Origin: Macrostomum lignano
Lineage: Eukaryota
NCBI GenBank assembly: GCA_002269645.1
Contig: NIVC01000104.1
Location: 124,001-188,000 of the forward strand
DNA: 64,000 nucleotides
Reading direction: 5' to 3'
This document shows, piece after piece, positions 24,901-36,452 of this stretch. The notes beneath the pieces were generated by a model. The model saw nothing but the letters and a program-made list of their open reading frames with translations. It searched no databases and had not been told where the DNA came from. A program made the translations under genes and the position numbers. Each line of letters starts with the position of its first letter. Positions within the stretch are counted from its first letter, which is position 1.

Positions 24901-25198
24901 GATTTTCCTGCAATGGGGATTCCCCTCTTAATGTACAAGCACTGGGCCCAATAGCATTTGCGCGTAATTACCTAGGCAAGAGAATGCGAATTTTCTATTT
25001 ACTATTAATTTAATTTAAAACTACTATAAGTAGTCTACATGCTTCAGTTAAAAATATAAACTTAACGAATGCTCTTACATCTGACATTCGATTCAATCCA
25101 ACTCCAAAAGTGGATCTGGAACGTAATAGAGTGGTCACGTTGACTTCAGCAGCTGGGCTGGCTTGCACGCTTCCAGCAATTCGAGAGTTGCTTCTCAT
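15958..25198 (-). CDS. TRPC4AP: TRPC4AP/TRUSS, about 906 aa. Exons 25198-25079, 24662-24297, 24220-24151, 23457-23084, 22567-22375, 21836-21316, 19460-19128, 18140-17805, 16854-16696, 16206-15958
   Basis: Motifs VPKLEALVQRFTDDQLVQFTRIL, ENWLTWIDRAL, YVLGLLLGGRQRRRV, VKIQLLRLIHSFCDH, EPSTSTFRFWLARAVESYLR, FDLLAELLKFN, NLVDSNMFLR, LTQENVSCLNTGLVVL and FWSDHYLNKERDSNALEKSS..F.EWK. All nine GT-AG junctions are in phase, totalling 2721 nt. Confidence 0.93.
16308..16625. repeat. 28-bp minisatellite (GAGGATCTGGGAGGCTGGCCCAGCAACT) in TRPC4AP intron 9
   Basis: About 11 copies; same unit as 28757-30165. Confidence 0.95.
16930..17650. repeat. 20/22-bp minisatellite (CTCTCTAATTGCAATCGGCA) in TRPC4AP intron 8
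   Basis: Direct observation. Confidence 0.95.
18281..19065. repeat. 19/20-bp minisatellite (CTAAATCTAGCCTGCGGCG) in TRPC4AP intron 7
   Basis: Direct observation. Confidence 0.95.
19676..21212. repeat. 21-bp minisatellite (TCACTGAAACTACCATTTTCA) in TRPC4AP intron 6
   Basis: Direct observation; source of the MKMVVSV/ITETTIF/DENGSFS ORFs. Confidence 0.97.
21850..22285. repeat. 32-bp minisatellite (AGATTCCGATTCTCACTAGAGATTAAGCCTCT) in TRPC4AP intron 5
   Basis: About 13 copies. Confidence 0.95.
22822..23040. repeat. 32-35-bp minisatellite (GGTTGCTAAGGTAAAATTGTCCTAACCCTACA) in TRPC4AP intron 4
   Basis: About 6 copies, with degenerate copies extending to about 22680. Confidence 0.85.
23535..24100. 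repeat. 12-bp-based compound repeat (TGTCTTAGTGTC/TATCTTAGAGTC) in TRPC4AP intron 3
   Basis: Direct observation. Confidence 0.9.
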
Positions 25199-25477
25199 GA
25201 TGAGCACACTACTAAAAGCTGAATGTTCAAATTCTCTTGAGCTGACAGGCACTTTAACTACTTTTGTAGCTGAAATTTATTATGCGAAACCAATTAACAA
25301 AATTTCTAAAAATCATCATTTTTATCTAGATTTATAAACGAGTAGCAGGGTAACATCGATATAGACATGGATGTTTAGATAGATTAGTGGGAAGATGCGA
25401 GGATAGAGAGAATATATATACATATATATATATAAACAGGTAGGTACGAATATACGTGTAGGTGAGTGAATAGCTAG

Positions 25478-25845
25478 GAAGGTCGGTAGGCAGGTAGGTT
25501 AGTAGGTAGGTAGGTAGGTAGGTAGGTAAGTAAGTAGGTAGGTAGGTGGATAGGTAGGCAGGTAGGTTGGTAAGTAGGAAGATAGGTGGGAAGGTAGGTT
25601 GGTAAGTAGGTAGGTAGGTGGGTAGGTGGATAGGTAAGCAGGTAGGTAGGTGGGTAGGTAGGCAGGTAGGGGTTAGTAGGTAGCTTTATTGATAGGTAGG
25701 TTGGTATGTAGATAGATACGTAGGTAAGTAGGTAGGTAGGTAGGTAGGTAGGTAGGTAGGTAGGTAGGTAGGTAGGTAGGTAGGTAGGTAGGTAGGTAGG
25801 TAGGTAGGTAGGTAGGCAAGTAGATAAGTATAATAGGTAGGTGAA
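25478..25845. repeat. (GGTA)n microsatellite
   Basis: Direct observation. Confidence 0.95.
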
Positions 25846-26659
25846 TTCTAGCGTATACCTAACAATCTTAATTGTATACCTCAAATAAAACTAATTCCAA
25901 ACCATTTAAAGCAATCACTTTACAGGCAGTTGCTATTATTAAACGTGTATTACTACTGTAAATTACTACGCAATAGCTAGACAGTTGAGCTAGATAGCTA
26001 GAGAATTGAAGGTGTCGGCGAAGTTAATGATTATAAGGACTGTAAAAATGAAAATAATACCAAATAACACCGGATATAAGCGTGCGACTGCGACTAAAAG
26101 TTGCATTAGGAATACCAATTATAACTAGAGAAATATTACTTAATTGGAAACAACTAGAATGACAGGATACTGTACATACAGAACATCAAACACACGTAGT
26201 CTTGGTAAAGAATAAATGACGCGTGAATAACATTTTAACATATTTCAATTCAAGCAATTGTTTCCATTAGAAACCGTACAAAATCAACTAGTACCTTACA
26301 TGAAGGTACATGTAGTACTGTTAGTAGTAGCAAAAGCATACAAAAACATAACATATGAGAATTGGAAAAAAATATGATAGCAACAGGCATTCATAGATAG
26401 ACAAGAAAATTAAAACACATAAATAAGAGAATTTAAACGCGCATATCAGGGGCAGCACAGTACAATAAACAGTTTTACATTTTTAGAGTACAAAAGGTGA
26501 TCTAGCATTAGCTCGTATCTTACCAAAGCGAAAAATTAAACCTTTTAAATAAAACTTTTGAAATTTGAACTAACACAACCTGTCTCTTGCACACTACTAC
26601 TAGTAGGCTTAAACGCTATTCAAGCAGAACAGAAGCAGAAAAAACAATTGAAGACTTGC

Positions 26660-28153
26660 TTTTCATTGTCTATGACAAAAAAGGGGTGGTTTTATGGAAA
26701 ACCAATCAAAGCATGCCCATGCAATCCATTTCTAGTTACAGACTTTTGTCTATGGTCCAAGGCCCATGCAATCCATTTCTAGCTGCCGACTTTTGTCTAT
26801 GGTCCAAGGCCCATGCAATCCATTTCTAGCTGCCGACTTTTGTCTATGGTCCAAGGCCCATGCAATCCATTTCTAGCTGCCGACTTTCGTCTATGGTCCA
26901 AGGCCCATGCAATCCATTTCTAGTTGCAGACTTTTGTCTATGGTCCAAGGCCCATGCAATCCATTTCTAGTTACAGACTTTTGTCTATGGTCCAAGGCCC
27001 ATGCAATCCATTTCTAGCTGCAGACTTTTGTCTATGGTCCAAGGCCCATGCAATCCATTTCTAGCTGCAGACTTTTGTCTATGGTCCAAGGCCCATGCAA
27101 TCCATTTCTAGCTGCCGACTTTTGTCTATGGTCCAAGGCCCATGCAATCCATTTCTAGCTGCCGACTTTTGTCTATGGTCCAAGGCCCATGCAATCCATT
27201 TCTAGTTGCAGACTTTTGTCCATGGTCCAAGGCCCATGCAATCCATTTCTAGTTGCAGACTTTTGTCCATGGTCCAAGGCCCATGCAATCCATTTCTAGC
27301 TGCAGACTTTTGTCTATGGTCCAAGGCCCATGCAATCCATTTCTAGCTGCCGACTTTTGTCTATGGTCCAAGGCCCATGCAATCCATTTCTAGTTGCAGA
27401 CTTTTGTCCATGGTCCAAGGCCCATGCAATCCATTTCTAGCTGCAGACTTTTGTCTATGGTCCAAGGCCCATGCAATCCATTTCTAGCTGCCGACTTTTG
27501 TCTATGGTCCAAGGCCCATGCAATCCATTTCTAGTTGCAGACTTTTGTCCATGGTCCAAGGCCCATGCAATCCATTTCTAGCTGCCGACTTTTGTCTATG
27601 GTCCAAGGCCCATGCAATCCATTTCTAGCTGCCGACTTTTGTCTATGGTCCAAGGCCCATGCAATCCATTTCTAGTTGCAGACTTTTGTCCATGGTCCAA
27701 GGCCCATGCAATCCATTTCTAGCTGCAGACTTTTGTCCATGGTCCAAGGCCCATGCAATCCATTTCTAGTTGCAGACTTTTGTCTATGGTCCAAGGCCCA
27801 TGCAATCCATTTCTAGTTGCAGACTTTTGTCCATGGTCCAAGGCCCATGCAATCCATTTCTAGCTGCAGACTTTTGTCCATGGTCCAAGGCCCATGCAAT
27901 CCATTTCTAGTTGCAGACTTTTGTCTATGGTCCAAGGCCCATGCAATCCATTTCTAGCTGCAGACTTTTGTCTATGGTCCAAGGCCCATGCAATCCATTT
28001 CTAGTTGCAGACTTTTGTCTATGGTCCAAGGCCTATTCTCTATGGCCGGTTAAACTGGGCACGCACAAACAACTATGTGAAAGGGATTAATTGCGCACTT
28101 AAATTCTTACACCGGCTGCTCCACAGACCCTTTTTGGCCATAGACAATGAAAA
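26660..28153. mobile_element. Putative non-autonomous TIR element carrying the 47-bp array
   Basis: 26-bp inverted repeats: TTTTCATTGTCTATGACAAAAAAGGG (26660-26685) versus CCCTTTTTGGCCATAGACAATGAAAA (28128-28153), 2 mismatches. No TSD was identified. Confidence 0.5.
26712..28032. repeat. 47-bp minisatellite, about 28 copies (TCCAAGGCCCATGCAATCCATTTCTAGCTGCCGACTTTTGTCTATGG)
   Basis: Direct observation. Confidence 0.97.
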
Positions 28154-28240
28154 TCATTATTCTTCCGCTAAAAATTAGATCGCTTGCTCCTCAACTCAAT
28201 TAGCAAAGAGAACTACTGCTATAACTACATGTACTAGGCA

Positions 28241-31200
28241 TTACCAGCCTGTATTAGCCAACCGACGCATGCGTCGAGTATTTCTATCCTGATCGCGAAT
28301 CTTCTTCTCCATCTCGGCGTCAGTCAGTGTTTCAACATTCGGGCACCATTGGTCGGCTTCCGATGGATTGCGAAACACGGCCTCGAATGAGGGCAACGGC
28401 GACTCAGTGAAGTTGTACAGGCGCTGGTGCCAGGCAATCTGGCCGCGGATGCTGTAAGCAATGGCGGTGACAAATTCGCCGCCAAGTCCAAGTTCGGCGC
28501 ACAGTTTCAACGCAAAATCTTCTGGCGAATTAGTGGACTCGCTGATGTCCCATTCGAACTGGTCAACTAGAGAAATGTTGCCAATGTGGATGTTGAGTCG
28601 AATAATCACGCGAGCGTCCTGCTGCTGCCCGCTGCCGGTGCTCAAGACCTCGTCTGAGGGATGGGCGTCCAGCTGCTGCCGCATCGTCTGGGAGGGTGGA
28701 ATGGCGAGTCTGAGTGGTTCGGCACAGACTATCGGGCCTTGAACCTTCAGAACTTAGCAACTGGGGATCAGGGAGGCTGGCCCAGCAACTGACACTCGAG
28801 GAGGCTGGCCCAGCAACTGACACCCGGGGAGGCTGGCCCAGCAACTGACACCCGGGGAGGCTAGCCCAGCAACTGAGGATCTGGGAGGCTGGCCCAGCAA
28901 CTGACACTCGGGGAGGCTGGCCCAGCAAATGAGGATCTGGAGGGCTGGCCCAGCAACTGACACTCGGGGAGGCTGGCCCAGCAAATGAGGATCTGGGAGG
29001 CTGGCCCAGCAACTGAGGATCTGGAGGGCTGGCCCAGCAAATGAGGATCTGGGCGGCTGGCCCAGCATATGAGGATCTGGGAGGCTGGCCCAGCAACTGA
29101 GGATCTGGAGGGCTGGCCCAGCAAATGAGGATCTGGGAGGCTGGCCCAGCAAATGAGGATCTGGGAGGCTGGCCCAGCAACTGAGGATCTGGAGGGCTGG
29201 CCCAGCAAATGACACTCTGGAGGGCTGGCCCAGCAACTGAGGATCTGGAGGGCTGGCCCAGCAACTGAGGATCTGGGAGGCTGGCTCAGCAACTGAGGAT
29301 CTGGAAGGCTGGCCCAGCAACTGAGGATCTGGGAGGCTGGCTCAGCAACTGAGGATCTGGGAGGCTGGCCCAGCAACTGAGGATCTGGGAGGCTGGCTCA
29401 GCAACTGAGGATCTGGGAGGCTGGCTCAGCAACTGAGGATCTGGGAGGCTGGCTCAGCAACTGAGGATCTGGGAGGCTGGCTCAGCAACTGAGGATCTGG
29501 GAGGCTGGCCCAGCAACTGACACTCGGGGAGGCTGGCCCAGCAAATGAGGATCTGGGAGGCTGGCCCAGCAACTGAGGATCTGGAGGGCTGGCCCAGCAA
29601 ATGAGGATCTGGGAGGCTGGCCCAGCAACTGAGGATCTGGAGGGCTGGCCCAGCAAATGAGGATCTGGGAGGCTGGCCCAGCAAATGAGGATCTGGGAGG
29701 CTGGCCCAGCAACTGAGGATCTGGAAGGCTGGCCCAGCAAATGACACTCTGGAGGGTTGGCCCAGCAACTGAGGATCTGGAGGGCTGGCCCAGCAACTGA
29801 GGATCTGGGAGGCTGGCTCAGCAACTGAGGATCTGGGAGGCTGGCCCAGCAACTGAGGATCTGGGAGGCTGGCTCAGCAACTGAGGATCTGGGAGGCTGG
29901 CTCAGCAACTGAGGATCTGGGAGGCTGGCCCAGCAACTGAGGATCTGGGAGGCTGGCTCAGCAACTGAGGATCTGGGAGGCTGGCCCAGCAACTGAGGAT
30001 CTAGGAGGCCAGCTAAACAACTGAGGATCTAGGAGGCCAGCTAAACAACTGAGGATCTAGGAGGCTGGCCCAGCAACTGAGGATCTGGGAGGCTGGCCTA
30101 GCAACTGAGGAGCGAGGCTTCTAACAGAGGCCCAGCAACTGAGGGTCTGGGAGCCTCACAGTGGCCCAGCCAGAACAGAATTTCGCCAAGCAAACCTGAG
30201 CAATAGCCGGTGCAAAAGTCAGCGGATTCAAATCCAAATCGTCGCACAGAATCTCGGCAAACTGCTCCAGACTAATCAGCTGTTCGTGCTTATTCCAGGT
30301 GAAACAGTCGCGCAATTTCACACCGTCAAATTCCATATCGAGTCGAATAGGCACCAGGCACAGGGGCTGGGCAGCATTGTCTTGCATAGCTTGCGGATCG
30401 CTGTCATCGTAGCACAGTGGAAACGTGTGAATCTTAGAGCCGGCCCCCCTGCCGAGCCTGTTCCGGTTGATCGGAGTCGGGCAGGGCACAGCGTCCAAAT
30501 GAAAGCTGGTGCTTGGCACTGATGAGGCGGCTGCGCTGGATGCACTTCTAGTGAGATTGGCAATGGAGCCGCTGCTAGTGGTTGGCGCACTGTCCACAAC
30601 TGTGTCTCGACAGCCTTCGGGCCGGAATTTGTCAGCTCTGCCAGATAGTAATTCGTCAATTTCGGCAGCTCGAACTAGGATAGCGTGAGCCGAAGTCACC
30701 GGAGTCGATCGGCCCATAGCAACCAGACGCTTGCGCTGCTCTGGCGTTACAACTTTACGCCATAGGCCCGGGTAGCGTTTGAATAGGGTGCCGCGAAACA
30801 GCCGCAGGTAGCTGCCGATCTGTTTGGAATAGACCGGAACAAGTTTTTAGTAATGGATGTACACTGGCTATACATGGATATAAAAAACCATTTTTTTTAA
30901 TATTTATCCTTAACTCAATAAGCAATCTTAGTTTTAAAGATATTGTATGCTTTATTTTAGAAAAACAAAACAAAACAAAATATCCAAAAATTGATATAGT
31001 TGATTACATAATAATCATAATTAATAATTTATTTGAACATGTTTCAAAACTATTTTCATTATTATCTACTCATTATATTTATTGAATTTGTCAAGAAATA
31101 AATAACTGGTTTCTTATTAAAGCTTTAAATTTGTACAAAAAAGACATCTTTAAACAAACAAATACAAAGTAAACTTACTTTATAATATACAATGCCTAAG

Positions 31201-34200
31201 AATAAATGAACACTTGTTGGACTCAATAAAGCATTTAAGTTGAGCATTTAAAGATTAAAAGCCATTTAAAAACAGTTAAGTAATCTTTCTTTTGAGAATA
31301 TAGGCTATTTTTTTCAAAGAAAATTTTGGTAAAAAACGTTCGAGAAGTTTTTTAAGTAGAAACAATATAGCTTAGTAAAATAAATTGAACAGCTTTGTAA
31401 ATTAAACTACCTGGAGACACAGTGGTGCAGGCCATGTTCTCCATGTATCCTGAGTGAGAGAGCACTGACCTTGTAACCAGTGCTAATTCAATTATATTTT
31501 GTTTTCTGCCTATTGGTCTTTGCCCCACCCTACGGACTATCAAACTCCTACTACTCTGTACATACAAAATACTTACTCACCAGCTACTTGACAAATAAAT
31601 TTGCTTACTCACACTTTTTGTTTCAAACAGTATACCTGACGATGCACCTTGGTGTGCAAAATGCGTCAAAAAAACCACATGTTGATTTTTGGATTTCTTT
31701 TTATTTTACTTGCCAAGCGAGCCTCTTTACCTGATTTATAAGAAATATTTTATGCACACGAAAACAATTATGATTCTTACTGATTTCTAATTACAAAAAA
31801 AGGTATTGCATAGCATTTATGTTTGAAATAGCAAAAAAATTGCTCAGATCTGTGCAAAAATATTTTAAGCTTTTTAATTAATTTAATAAATAAGACAAAA
31901 AATCCAAGCACCAAATCATATGTTAGAAGCCATTTCTTTTAGGACAATGTGCATCCGTATGCGGCTGCTCACACTTGCGCCAAGGTGGAAGAGCTGGGCT
32001 TTTGTCAGCTAAGTCACCCAGCCTACAGCCCTGACCTTGGGATTGCCGACTTCTATCTCTTTGGTCCAATGAAGTTGCCGATGCATGGGCAAGTTTTCAC
32101 GACATGTTAGGAGGTCATCCACTAACGCATCGCTGCACTAGCTGGACTCCAGCTTCTGGAAGGCTGGGTTTTACAATCTGATCAAACAATCTGAACGAAT
32201 GCAAAGAAGTGTATAGCATTTAATGGTGAATATGTGGAGCACAACAATGCCAGGCCAGATAGAAAGAATAACATCAGTGACAGTGATAGTGATTGATAGG
32301 GATTGATGGCAGCTAGAACTTAGGTACAGTGATTTATGGTGAAGGGACACTGATTGATTGCAATGTGTTTTAAATTGTTGCTTTTTGTTTAAGAACATTT
32401 TTATATCTATGAAGTATGTGTAGTATAGTTACTGCATGCAGAATATACAAGTATAAAGCTTTGATTGTATAAACTACATGTACATATAAATGTCAAAATA
32501 TAGTTAAGTTACTAAGTTAGTATCACTTACCAATCTATTTAATTAATTCCATGGCTTTTGGATGTGAGGCATCCCAAACAGCAGTTTGTTCATACGTTTG
32601 CTCAATGGTGAGCTGCTTCAATTGTTCTTTTTTCTCAGTAGGCAAAAAAGCTTAGGCTTCTTCTTGCAACTCCTCAGCAGCATGCTTTCTTTGCGACTTC
32701 TCAAGATCTGCTTCTTCTTGAGTGTCATGCAGTTTGGGGTGGTGATTTTTGAGATGCAGGAGCATCCCACTATTGGATAGTTTGCAAGGATCTTTTTCTC
32801 TCAATACTTTTTTCCACACTCCTTGTATTCCACAGTGAGTAAGTTGGAAGACAATTTAAATAGTCATGGATTGGAGCCTTTACTTTTGGCATGGTAATGC
32901 AAAAATTGAGAGAGAGACAGTTGAAAAAACCTTAATTGCTGGCTACTATACCATTTCTAACAGAACTCTGGTCACTGGCCAGATACTTAAGCCTGATAAT
33001 ATCCTTTAGTGGCAATTTTAGTTAAAGCATTATGTGTGCTACTTACATGTATTTTGTTAATATACAAGGGGTGTTGCAAAAGTTTCTGGATTTCCTGTAG
33101 GCAAATTTCTCAATGCAATGATAACAAGGGAAATTTCTAGGTAATATTCTAAAACAATTGGTCAAAAACAGTAAGGGAACACATTATTATGTTTTATTAG
33201 TGTCAAGCGGAACAAAAACTGCAGAATGGAAAAGCTGATTCCTGTCTTGAACTATTTACATTTTATGCACTGCAATATAAGAAATGAAAATGTATTGCAT
33301 ACATGTAATATAGCTAGCTAAAGAATGTTCGCTACTTTTGTCTTTTATACCCAAAACAGGAAAGATGCTGGCAGTAGATCACCTACCATTCACATTTGTT
33401 GAAAATCCTAGCTTTTCTGCTCTTTTGAAATTCCTGGCGCCAAACTACGAGATCCCGTCATGCAAGCATTTTGCAGAAATGGTCATATCCTAGGGTTTTT
33501 TGTGCCATACAGGGTTCTTTGGCCCCTTGAAAATCTCATTGGCAACTGGATTTTTGGCATCAGAGGACAATCTGGCAACTTTATTTTCCCCATGCCAGTT
33601 GCCAATTTAAAAAAATTATTTTTTAAGTGTAATAAAAGTGCCATATGAATTAATATGATCATATGATAGAATTAATAGCTTGTTATTATTTGCAGCATAG
33701 ATAGCAATCTTAGAGTTAAGAGAACAAATTTCTGCTTTCAAATGTAGCCTTTTTAGAAATATCCATCCTCGAGAATTTGGCTAGATGCCAAAGGGCAACC
33801 AAAAAAAGCCATTGGCAACTAGATTTTGAGCCCCAAGGGCCAGCTGGCAACTGGATTTCCAACCTTAGAAAAAACCCAGGTCATAACCACTATTTATAAA
33901 GAGGTCTGCTCATCTGTTTGAACTATGTTACACTGGGTTGATGCCGTTGCATGCACGAGCAACGGCCAACAAATAGACATCAATGCAAGGAAAGTGGTCT
34001 ATTGTCAGCCTGACAGTTCATGCAATTACTGATGAATTCAAGCTGCATAAGGCAATCCTTTGCAGTGCACCTATCAATGGTGCTTCATCTGGAGTTAACA
34101 TTGCAAGCTCGTTAAAAAATGTTTTGAGTTACTGGAATGTGCAAGAAAAACTTGTGAAGGTCATTACTGACAAAGGCTCTGCCATGCAAGTTGCTTGCTG

Positions 34201-36452
34201 CAAACTCCAAGTAAGGATACACTTAAAAGCTATAAAATTTTTGCACTAGGTCCTCATTTTTGCTCAATGGACCCTCTCAATTGGCACCTGGATAAATTTT
34301 CTCTGGCTTTTTGTATATCTTATTAGGTCCCACACGTCTTATACAATTCACAAGCTGCAAAATTGCATCTGCAACAGCATCCTAGATGATGCTAACAAGC
34401 AGTGCATCCAAAGATTGGTTGGTAATCTGCTTTCCAGAATGGCATTGTTGTGCGTCACTTCAGCTAGTCTCCCAAGGCACATCATAAATGGAACAATTGC
34501 TGCACTTCGCTGAAGGCTGCGTCATTCAAGGGGTTGATTCAGGATGTATAGACTTGATAGGATTTGTAGGTTGCAATGCTAGAGTCTTTCTGAGATTAGG
34601 TAAAAATAGAAATGACTATCGTTGCCTTTTTACCAATATTTTTATATAACTTTCTTATATTTTGTTATTGGAAACGATTTTGTGCATCCATAGCACTATA
34701 ATATATACAGTAGTCATTTAATTAGTATAATTATATATATACTGTATATAATTATATAATGTATAATACATCATTTGATGATAGCATGCTGCATATATAT
34801 ATTTTTCAATCCATATTTTATATCCATTAAAGGCCCAGGTTGTTTGGCTATACTGTGCCAAGTACAAGATTGGAGCCACACTTTTTTTGCGCTGATTGGG
34901 ATCTGATTGAGCCACCTATCTTTTTGCAGCAACCAATTCGCGACCTTCGGCTCTGGTTCTCTGGAGGAGGATTAATGAGCACTGTTCTGCCTAAGGCAAT
35001 TCTATTTTTTAATTCAATCAAACATATCACTCTTTATTAAATCAGTTAGAATCAATCAAGTCTCCCAAAAACAATTTGGAATTGACAAAATATAGATACA
35101 TGTAATATCATATTGCTACAAAACTGAGTCTCTTAGAAACAGCGAGAGATTGAGCTAACCAATAGCAGAGCTCCTGCTGAGGCCACGAGCCCCAACCTGC
35201 TCCAAAAATAGGATTGGACTCCTATTGAGTGATAGACTCTAGCTTGTAGAGAGAAAGTAGAAAGAAAAGCCCACCTTATGTGTGAAAAGAGGTACAAAGA
35301 ATGTTTATTGAAGGGAAATAGGCATCCCGAATAATGCACTTAGCAAGTTTGATTGCTGGAGTTCTGTCAAATAATGGTTTTGTAGAATATAGATAAATCC
35401 TTTGCTAGCAGAGATTCAAGGTGTAATAATATAACTATTATATGCACATGGTACAAGCTCCAATTCGATGCAAGACTTAGCAGTTACAATTTTATAGGCA
35501 ATTTTGTAGCATTGAATGCAGCTGGATATTATTGGGAATTAGCTACAGCATACAATATATGCAATATGTATTGTATGAGTAATTGTATAACTGCACTCTA
35601 TATGCAAAACATTATTAACAAACATTACAGATCCACAGACTGCACAAGTTTTTGTCAGTGGTAGCTGAATCATGAGAAGCTGCAGGCATCGGCATGCAAA
35701 CTCTTGCCAAGGCCATTAGTGAGTCGGTCCAATGGTGATTTTTGGAAGCGCTTGAACTTTCAAACGAGGTATTTGTCATTTCAACTGTGCTAGACCCACA
35801 CTATCGTGATCTTGGATTCCAGGGAGACCTGGCCAGTGTGCTTTTTGCTCACGAAGCAGTTCTTTGCGCAGCCTAGTGCATAATATATATAATTACTCTA
35901 TTTGTTTGTTAATTGTTATTCTTTTGATTTGGATACCTTTCTCTTCCTTAACGGTCATAATTGCAACTGAAAAAAGGAAAAATATGTTGCTTTGGAAATT
36001 TGGGGGTATCGGCCAATATACCGATACCCCCCTCGCTACGCCCCTGTATTTTTGAGAATGGGTGCGCACTAATTTTTTTCAGCGTGCATTTGTAATTATT
36101 CAATTTTTGTTTGGGCGTGCACCCAGCATGATCCGGACTATGGGACCTAAGCCATAGAAAGATTGAAAATGTTAAATAAAAACAACATAATAAAAAATAA
36201 GCACTACCTAAAACCATATTTCTCATCAGCATAGAACTTTATGTCATGGATAGGACCTATTTAGGATAATAGATTTAGCAAGACTAGAACAAAGAAAAAT
36301 TGTGTAAGTAGCTATGTATTTAAAAAGGTTTTGACCAATGTCAGGTAAAAATAATAAAAACCCACCTCAGAAGCCAGGTAAAACTGTTCTCCAGAATCGT
36401 CTAGCTCAATGGGATCTGGCTTTACGCCATAAGTCTGCAGACTCTGCATCAT
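28241..36452 (-). CDS. SMARCB1: SMARCB1/SNF5/INI1, SWI/SNF core subunit, 385 aa. Exons 36452-36366, 30819-30196, 28687-28241
   Basis: [29 protein letters not shown] | [22 protein letters not shown]...[43 protein letters not shown]...AIAQ | TMRQQL...[22 protein letters not shown]...[29 protein letters not shown]...[25 protein letters not shown]. Both introns are phase 0 GT-AG. Confidence 0.97.
28757..30165. repeat. 28-bp minisatellite (GAGGATCTGGGAGGCTGGCCCAGCAACT), about 50 copies, in SMARCB1 intron 2
   Basis: Direct observation. Confidence 0.97.
31925..32240 (+). mobile_element. Decayed mariner transposase C-terminal fragment (SMARCB1 intron 1)
   Basis: [45 protein letters not shown]...AFNGEYVE, matching the mariner motifs DNARPH, HPPYSPDL.P.DF.LF and G.YVE; contains stops and frameshifts. 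Confidence 0.8.
32600..32892 (-). mobile_element. Decayed hAT-type BED finger / N-terminal fragment
   Basis: Pieces across frames: [20 protein letters not shown] and [16 protein letters not shown]. Confidence 0.5.
33062..33245 (+). mobile_element. Possible mariner 5' end (TIR-like sequence, then ATGGAAAAG)
   Basis: TATACAAGGGGTGTTGCAAAAGTT resembles mariner TA+TIR starts. Confidence 0.4.
33488..33879. mobile_element. Possible MITE with short TIRs and GGCAACT subterminal repeats
   Basis: CTAGGGTTTTTT at about 33488 and AAAAAACCCAGG at about 33868; GGCAACT occurs repeatedly near both ends. Confidence 0.35.
33940..35870. mobile_element. Decayed hAT transposase fragments in mixed orientation
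   Basis: Plus 33983-34249: [21 protein letters not shown]...[33 protein letters not shown]. Minus about 34330-34560: weak [15 protein letters not shown] match. Plus about 35640-35860: [14 protein letters not shown], resembling AT.LDPR.K. Confidence 0.65.

Noticed and set aside
28563-29992. Overlapping [28 protein letters not shown] ORFs
   Set aside because: A 28-bp unit cycling through three frames inside SMARCB1 intron 2.
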